DNA of 64,000 bases, from contig JAQGDQ010000024.1 in assembly GCA_030141605.1 (NCBI GenBank), positions 186,001 through 250,000 on the forward strand, read 5' to 3'. A program made the translations under genes and the position numbers. The stretch is from Tubiluchus corallicola (Eukaryota; Animalia; Priapulida). A model generated the notes under the pieces. That model worked only from the letters and a program-made list of their open reading frames with translations, was not told where the DNA came from and made no database searches. Of the stretch, positions 55,788-64,000 are shown piece after piece (the first letter of the stretch is position 1; every line of letters begins with the position of its first letter).

Positions 55788-55968
55788 GTGGAGCCCCCAC
55801 GGGCCACGTGGAGGAAAATTACTAGTTCGTGATCAAGAATTGTATTAAATCGTGGCAACAAATTATTAATCCATGCGCATGACATACTAATTCGTGGCCA
55901 CGAATCATTAATTGTGGACACGGCACGATTAAATAATTTTATTCGTCGTGGCGCTCTGGGAGCTCCAC
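55788..55968. mobile_element. Small MITE with internal CGTGGCCACG-type repeats
   Basis: Ends gtggagcccccacgggccac vs reverse complement gtggagctcccagagcgccac. Internal ttaaatcgtggc / cgtggccacga / gcacgattaaat. atatt on both flanks. Confidence 0.6.
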
Positions 55969-56249
55969 TGATATTAGGCTGACAGAACAATTTTGGTAGA
56001 AAATCATACCAAATTCCAGTACGAATTTTACACATAAACATTATTAACATCTGTGTGGCATCTTAAATAACTTTGTACATTTGTTAATGGTGATTTTAGC
56101 CTGACCAAACATTACACACATCAGTAGTTAAAAGAAATAACCTTGACGTATTTCTTTCAAACTGTCTTTCTGGACAATTCGCCTGTGACTGTTTGACAGA
56201 GTGTACGCGCGTGCGCGTGCGCGTGCATGTGCTTGTGTCAATGTAACAA

Positions 56250-56286
56250 AGGGAGAGAGAGAGGGGGAAGAGAGAGAGAGAGAAAG

Positions 56287-56358
<72 letters not shown>
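56250..56358. repeat. (GA)n microsatellite
   Basis: Directly visible. Confidence 0.95.
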
Positions 56359-56363
<5 letters not shown>

Positions 56364-57664
56364 GGGAGAATCAGTTCTGAAATCACGAATAATTCAAGAA
56401 CCTATGTCTTGCTTTCCGTGTATGTTTGCTTCTCTGTCTTAATGTTGTCTCAAGTCTGGTCTAGCTCAGCTCACATTACACTATAAATTGCTCAGGAATG
56501 TGCAAAATGCGAGGTCTTATCCGCAATACGTAGAAATGCCTGGGTGATTTTATGAGCTATTGTAAATATCATTGCACATCTTTTGCTAGTGTAGCTGATG
56601 ACTTCGTATGTAATATTAGAGACTGAATGTCGTCGCACGTTGGTATCCTACGTATAGTGGCAAAATTGGCGATAATAAACCACATAATTGCACAACTATT
56701 TACTACATTTTAAATGCGTGATGGCTTATACACATGTCTTAACTGGAACAGTTTATTATCATATACGTGGTCGTGATATGTTTATAGTGGGTATTCAAAA
56801 GCAACTGTGTGGCTCTGTACGTCAGACTGCAGCGTATGCGTATATACTTCACAAATGTACTTTTGAAATATAGATGTCTGTCATACCATTATACTTATGG
56901 CCGGTTTATAGCTCAAAAAATTAATGCACTGTCATTGACTTAATGTTTGTTCGAGAATTACTAGTATTAGAGACATGCACTAATTATTAATAAAAACATT
57001 TCAAAAACTTACTAAATTGCACTAAGTTTACGACAATCGTTTACCAGCCAAAATTATTGCTAAACTTACTGGAACTTAATAAACTTTTAAAAACAGCCGC
57101 GAGAGAGTAGAAAGTTAATTATTCTTTCTGTTTTTTTCTATGCAACCATTTTTTCATTCTTAGATTAACTAACGAGTTAGTATGCAACGAATATTTGCTT
57201 TTTTCTTTATCAAATGATCATATACTCCAGAAGTTTATTCGTTCTAGTCATTGGCACGCGTTTGCAAACATCGGGACGCCAACAAGCGCTTTTTTAACTT
57301 GTAAATTTACCACTTTTGTGTAACCCTAGCATCGACAGATGTTCGTATTTAAATCGCTGTCTAGGGTGGGTCACGTGACATAAACTTTCTCCCGCTGAAG
57401 CCTTGCTGTACAGCTTCATCGCAATCACTTGGCTTCAATAAGTAAATGTTTCAGCTTCATTCTTTATTAAGAGGAACTATAACTTGATATAAATTATTTC
57501 AATTAGGCCTTTTCATACACTATAAGCTGTAGCCATTGCTAACACTAAGCCTGATCAGTAAATGGATAGGTGACAATCAGAAAAACTGCTTTTGGCTAGT
57601 TTCATCTGCCATTTGTCTTTGCGTACACATCTTTGGTTTCAGGTGATTATCCTTCATAATTAAC

Positions 57665-59142
57665 TAAGATCCAGAACAGCCATATATCATCTGCTTTAGG
57701 TAGCCTTGCCTACTGAATGTTGCATTCTGTTTTGCAAATTGCTGCGTTGTATAAAAACAATAAAACCAGTTTTCCTGGCAGTCACTCACCAATTTATTAG
57801 CCATATCTAATACTGCATATTGGTCCCGCGTACACACCGTATCAAGTTAGCTAGTAATCGCCCCAAATGTTGAAAAACAGGATTACGACTTTTTTCAAAA
57901 CCAATAGCTTTTCCATATCAACAGATTTTTTTGTTTGCTTAATTCTTACTTCTTCAGCTAGAAAATGAGAAAATTTTTTAGTGCTGAAATCGCATTGATA
58001 GAAAAAAGAACAAGGTGACCAAGTAAGTTTTGGAAAACAGTATGCCCTGAGCTCTGTGGGGAACATCCCGAGGAGAGAGAGAGAGTTTATTTATCCTTCC
58101 GTATCCAACTCTGCCGGCTTCGCATTACTTCACCATCTAACGTAACATGGCTTCGTTTATGTACACAATATTACCAAAATTGTTGCAGCTTCTGTGAGTT
58201 ATACGTGACGTTTGAGCGGAGACGACGGAATAACCGCCATGCGGTAATCATACAACATTTGAGGACCTGATCCACGATTTGTTGTTGGTAAGTACAGCCT
58301 TATGACGATGGTGTTGTTACTGAATGACTGATGATGAATATGATGAATATGACGATGATGATTATAATGACGATGACGACGATGATGATGGTGTGTTGGT
58401 GGTGGTGGTGGTTATGGTGGTAGTGGCGATGACGACGATGATGATAGTGGTGTTGGTGGTGGTGATGGTGGTGGTGGTGGTGGTTATGGAGGTGGTGACG
58501 ATGAAGACGATGATGATGACAATAATGACAGTGATGACAATGTCGGTGATGTTTCTGGTGATGATGATGGCAATGAATTAGTGCCAATAATGGTAGTAAC
58601 AATAGTTCCACTGCTGCTAAAACTACTAAATGAATCTTTACTCTTGAGGCGTTCGTCGGGGATTAATCTTGGAACCATTGCCTTTTTTATATCAGCGATA
58701 AAGCCAGTAAAGCGCTTAAGCCAATACTGTGGAACATTGACTTTGTCCAACAAGTCAGTGATGTTAGTACAACGTTTTAAAGAAAATTGTAACTGTTTGA
58801 AAAATGAAAATTGTAACATTTTGTAACTGTTGTTTAATTTAGTCTTGTTTTTCTGTGTTTTTACTGTAACCAACATCTTGGGCCTTTATGGAAACAATGA
58901 TCGTATGCAACTATTTTTAAACTGACCAAGTAAAAAATCAATTCTTACTTTTCTTACTCTTACTCTAAAATCAATTAACCAACATAATTCATTTTACTTT
59001 CCTTCCAAATGTGACAAGAGAGGTTTCATATTCAGTGAATAATGTTGATTGGAGAAGGCCATCAAGGCTAAAAGCTTTTACAGATAATGGTAATATCTCA
59101 AAATATAGGGCGCTCTAGTGAAGCCATTTTTGGTATCCTCAT
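57665..59142 (-). pseudogene. Possible decayed multi-exon gene or intron-containing transposase remnant
   Basis: Several exon-like blocks with acceptors (ccactttcag| ~59142, tttttcaaacag| ~58792, tttctcattttctag| ~57957, atacaacgcag| 57741) and a donor TTG|GTGAGT at 57790. Frames do not join without stops. No homology recognised. Confidence 0.25.
58300..58575. repeat. Degenerate (GAT/GGT/GAC)n tract
   Basis: Directly visible. Confidence 0.9.
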
Positions 59143-61194
59143 TTCTGAAAGTGGAATTTCTATTATATCTTAGATCTGCCACATCTCCCTGGTTATTCAA
59201 CACGGGGTTACAGAATAACACACAAATGTATTGCGTGCTTGTGACGGTGTTGTGAGTTGTATTAGGGCCACGGTGTTTGTTTTTATAGTGTCCAGTGTTA
59301 TCCTTATACTGCCGAAACGTCTGCAATAGTTTAATTCCTAGTATACCCATCAAGATGATTGTAACTCTCGTGGGAAATTGCGAGAAACTTTCAATCAAAA
59401 TTACCGCAATCCTAGGTACTAATCAGACTTGGCCAATATCATAAAAATTGTAAGGCTGTCCGTGTATTGTTTGTGGCGTTCTACTGTATTGAGTGATGTT
59501 AGTAACTGTACTACACTGCCTTGTTCAACAACCGTCTTTCATTTTTTTCTTTTGTAGTTTATCAAATATCTTTTGGCTTCATAAATATCCATTTTTACAT
59601 GGCAATTTTCGTAGTTTTTTTACCCGTTTTTTAGAACAATTATTTAAAATGTGATCTCAAACCAGGCATATTTCAAGCATGGTTATTTAAGCCTCAGTAT
59701 TCAATTTAAGTTAAATTCTTGTGACGGATGCAACAGGAAAGATTAAATTATAATGAGATTATTTTGCATTTGAATCGCAACTTTCACTCTTAGGCTATTA
59801 TACTCTTAATTTTACGAGTTTTGCAACGACTCACGTAGATTAAACAAGTGTTTGTCGGCGTGTGTGTTTATTACAATCCGTGCAACATCAAACGTATGGG
59901 ATGTTGCATTCGTAAAATTACTTCCGATGTACGAATCTCAACAGCTGTTCTTTCGACAAATCAGTATTGAATTAGGAAGAAACTGCAGTTTTACTAAGAA
60001 TTTCTTTGCATAAGTGGCTTCGTGTAGTATTCCTCAAGCATGCATAGACGCTGCAGCAGGTGGCTGGCTACTTAGAGGACCCAAGATCTGTACGTTTACT
60101 TGCTTTAAGAAATCGTTTTCCGAATTAAGAGGATATGTTGACATCAAACTGAATGTATGCAGGCGTTCACGAGCTTGCGTACAAACTTACTATTAGTAAT
60201 TAAACTAATTATGTAGGAAAAAATTAAAATTCATGTAAACTTTTCTGATCTGTGTTACGGAGTAACTGTTGCACATAGAAGCTGACTTTGAACTAACTGG
60301 AACACTCTTTCGAAGCACAGACATCAGTCCTATCTTATAATTTATGTTCAACATGAAATTTTTATAACTGACCTCTCTGTGACTGACTAATTTCGTTAAG
60401 TTGCCGATCGTTTATTTAACGTCTATGTAAACACCTTACAGAGGCCTAATTGATACATCAGACATAAATAGTTATTAAACTATTGTAATGATTCTAATAA
60501 GAACCTAAAATTTGTTGGATTTTTATTCTGTTCATACTTTTATCCATTAATTTTACGTTTTCTTCTTGGGTATTTAGTTGTACAATTAATCAATGATCAT
60601 GCAAGTCAAATGGAATGCACCACTGAAATATTCTGAACTATGTGCCGTAAAGGTGAACAGCCTTGTAACTCCAGAACCTCTATAATAACAGCTGGGCCTA
60701 TGTTTGGCTTCCAAAATACACACGGCCAATTTTGGCAGTGGCTTCTCCGACAGCAAACTACAGACGAGAAACCGAGTTTGCTAAGGCGATTAATATTTCT
60801 TGCTAAATCAGGCTGATGTGTTTTTCCAGTGGTGCTAATGGTTGTTTGCTTTGCCTGGACGGAAGTGAGAAGGCGTGGCCATATCCATTTATTGAACAGT
60901 TTTCGTATTTATCTTAATTGACCCACGTAAATATTACTGCGTCGTTGACCGAGACGCATTGCACATTCTACTTGGCGATTTTAAATTCAGCTCGTCTGCC
61001 TTTGCGATTTACATGAAATTCTTGGCACGGTAACTGTTAAAAAGTCTTTAAAAATCCAAAGAAACAACGGCAGCACTCTCTATTGATTATTTCTTTAATG
61101 ATTATTTAGATTACATGATTTTCGCTTATTGCAATCTTAGATTAAAACTTTTTATTGTCTTGCATGGTTGTAAGATAAATTTAACCGCGTTTTT

Positions 61195-61520
61195 GTCTAA
61201 CTTAACCTAATCAAACTTGACTAACCAAACTTAACTTGACTAAACCCAACCCGACCTACTGTAACATGATTTGATGTACTCTCTTCTAACCTAACCTAAC
61301 TTAAACTGTCCTAATCTAACCTAACTTAAGATTTCTAAACTTAACGCAATTTATCGCCCAACCTTTATCGCGTAAACTTAATCTAGCCCAATCAACTCAG
61401 TTCATCATATTTCAACTGAACCCGCTTTAAGCTCCGAGCCCAAAGCAACTTAACCTACTTTAATTTAATTTAACCTGGGTTTTAACCTATCAATCTAGCC
61501 TAATCTACCTAACCCAAATG
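61195..61520. repeat. Degenerate (CTAAC/CTTAA)n pentamer tract
   Basis: Runs such as ctaacctaacctaacttaaact and ttaacctaatc. Confidence 0.7.
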
Positions 61521-63204
61521 AAAGTAACAAGTCATAAAATTTAATAACCCATATATTGCGAAACTACAATATTTATATATTGCATAATGGCATTTCAATT
61601 CATTATTTAATGGAATTAGTTATGGAAGTCAACTCTGTACTTGTTAATTAACACATTAATAGTAATTATTAGTACGCGTCATTATCGCAAAAAACAATAT
61701 AAGTTGTAGGTTTTAATGCACTGATCCGAGTGTATCATTCGAGTAAATTTGGCGTTGTTGGTGATTTCACCAACAGTGGCTTCTAATACCAGGCCTGAAC
61801 TTTATTCTGACAAATAATTAGTCCCTAATGGCAGTAATTACTGCAGTTAAAGCTGTATAATGCATGTAATGCTTGAACGACGTAGTTACTTTGTAAGTTA
61901 TATACACATCGATACCCAGAATAATCGGCCACATTTGGCTTTGTCCTGTGTCCTTGCCACTTAAAAGTATATTGGAATTTATTTTTATAGACCATGCGTT
62001 AACTCACCATCGGCTAACAAATTAAACATGTTACCCGCTGGTTTCCAACTGTTCCAATCCACAAATTTTGAATTTCTATTTTACAGTTGTTACTAATATT
62101 TGGCGACACAGCGATAATTTTTTTCTGACAGTACTAGACTCTTTGATAAAAACGTAACACGGTTAACGAAAAATTGTTGCTAATATATACATTTGAGAAA
62201 AATCTGTTGAACTTTCTTGTGTCCCTTGGCACTTGGAAAATTAGTTCAAATGTCTTCTGTCTCACGTTTTCCTAACACTAGCTTTCCTTGCCTTCAAATC
62301 TTTTTTCAACAAGTCTGTCACATCTGTTTTACGTGTCTGCTTCCGGTAGAAATTGTTACTGTTAATTAAGAGAGATTTTTACAATTTCTTTTTCTTGAAA
62401 AAGTTCGAAAGGAGGTGATCGGGTCTGACCTGACAGTAACATCAGCTATGGGGTAAGATGAGGTTGAATGTAAGTCTAGCCTTTTACCCGCAGTTTTGCA
62501 CATCACCACCCATGAGGAATTGAACTTGCATTACATTTATTCCTTCACAAGTGTATCATCATTCTATAAAACACGTTTTGAAAGAAGTCAAAAGACAACT
62601 CATTCCTGTTAATAGGTCTCACATTACACCATTACACAGCATCCTGTGCATTGATAAGCAATGTGCACGACAATAGTTTTGCTTTTAAAAACTGGTTCGC
62701 AAACTATTCAATTACTGCTTTTTTCACAGCCAGCTTTTTACTGCTACAGGTGCTGTTTGTCGTTTCTAGAAACAGTTCCTTTTTTGATTAATCTTTATAA
62801 CCAACTACGCTTATAGTCTCAACTAAGATAATGTTAAGAAAACAAAAAACAATCTGAAACTCCAGTTTTAACTGGTAAGTTCTCGGATTTCAAATTCTCA
62901 TGTATGTCATCTTTAATTAGATTATATGATTAGAGGATTAGTGTAAGTGGGTTACTGTCACATGTCGTTAATTTATCCCATCAACAGAATGAGCTTTAGA
63001 GGATTATTTAAAACCGGAATAGTTATGGGAGTTATGTGCCAGAAGGGTTTCCGGTTTCAGAAAAAGGTTGACGCAGGAAAAAATGTTAATTTTCTGTTGC
63101 CTAAGTCTTACAGCAGGAGTTGATTACTCCGGCGCCTAAACTATCTAAGGACCCAACGCTTTTTAAAAAATACTATAGTTTTCGGCTAGATCAATCGGGC
63201 AGTA

Positions 63205-63450
63205 TAGCGTTCCGTCCTCATACCTGGAGGTTAGAGATCGTGTGATGTCATTCGTCATTGTTTTTACTCTTAGTGATGATGGTAGTCTTTTACTTAATCT
63301 TGGTCCATTCACTGATATCATCTAACCATGTCCGCGCTGTCTTCTCTCATCGATTTTTCCTTCCAGCAATCTCTAGGACATGTCCAAAGTTGTCCTGTTT
63401 CCTCTTCTTAATGATATCCATCAGCTTTTCTCCTTTGCCTTTTCTAAAGG
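63205..63450 (-). mobile_element. Decayed RTE-clade LINE 3' end
   Basis: Minus strand reads LMDIIKRKQDNFGHVLE..LEGKID...RTWLDDISEWT and ends ...SNL..EDGT-like, matching the RTE ORF C-terminal pattern (FGH, LEGK, RW.D.I..W). Confidence 0.65.
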
Positions 63451-64000
63451 ACCACCAAATATACTTTTTTCGTGAAGCCATTGTCGAAAATCTGGACTTA
63501 GTGCTTGATGCACAACTGAACTAACTTATTAACTGAATTAACTGAACTAGATTAACTGGTTTTTATTGCGATATTTACGCTGAAACCATGGGTTTTAGAC
63601 TTAGGGTATATGTTGGGCCACCTTTAGATTTTTTAATAATTTGCCTTGTATTTGCATTAATATTTTATAAATAATAATTTTATATATACTATTAAATATT
63701 TTATTTATTCTATCAAAAGCCAATCCATGTCACGTGACCTAATTTGAGTGTATAAAAACTGGATGACCGACATTAGCCGATGACTGACCTCACTATGCCC
63801 TACATCAGTTCTTACGTCAAACTTGGCGCTTTGGTGTATTTATTATTGTCAGATCACTACTACTCATCACTATTACTGCCAAATCACTCAGTGAAAAAAG
63901 GTACGTTGCTTTTCGAGTTTCAGCCTTTCTGATATGTCCGGCGGTCGGTTCGGTTTACACGTTGTAAACAAATTACTCGTGTAATACCTCACCGCTTTGA

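Noticed and set aside
61195-61520. (CCTAA)n as arthropod-type telomeric repeat
   Set aside because: Highly degenerate pentamer tract like others in the window; not diagnostic of telomere or taxon.
63184-63240. tRNA-Met-like or SINE head (gctagatcaatcgg...ctcata...)
   Set aside because: No B box or cloverleaf; better explained as the minus-strand 3' end of the adjacent RTE fragment.

Overview
Eukaryotic, AT-rich, intron-rich genomic DNA, most likely from a bilaterian invertebrate; the species cannot be determined from the sequence. Four complete genes were reconstructed exon by exon with GT-AG junctions and consistent phases: EXOSC9/RRP45 (+, 13 coding exons, ~437 aa), an HMGB1/2/3-type gene (-, 4 coding exons, 207 aa), SAP30/SAP30L (+, 4 coding exons, 171 aa) and a DCLK3-like doublecortin kinase (-, 7 coding exons, ~1082 aa). 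A probable first coding exon of an unidentified minus-strand gene lies near 1.9 kb. HMGB and SAP30 are head-to-head around a compact promoter with CCAAT, E2F and CRE motifs, the same arrangement as human HMGB2-SAP30. The left ~27 kb looks CpG-depleted and holds old DNA transposons. The right half is richer in CpG, microsatellites and decayed LINE/MITE debris. I found no clear evidence of a wholly new biological system. The best leads are the unusual DCLK architecture, two (TA)n-centred long palindromes, the microsynteny, the apparent methylation boundary and a possible decayed spliced gene at 57.6-59.2 kb. All family assignments come from recalled motifs, not database searches.
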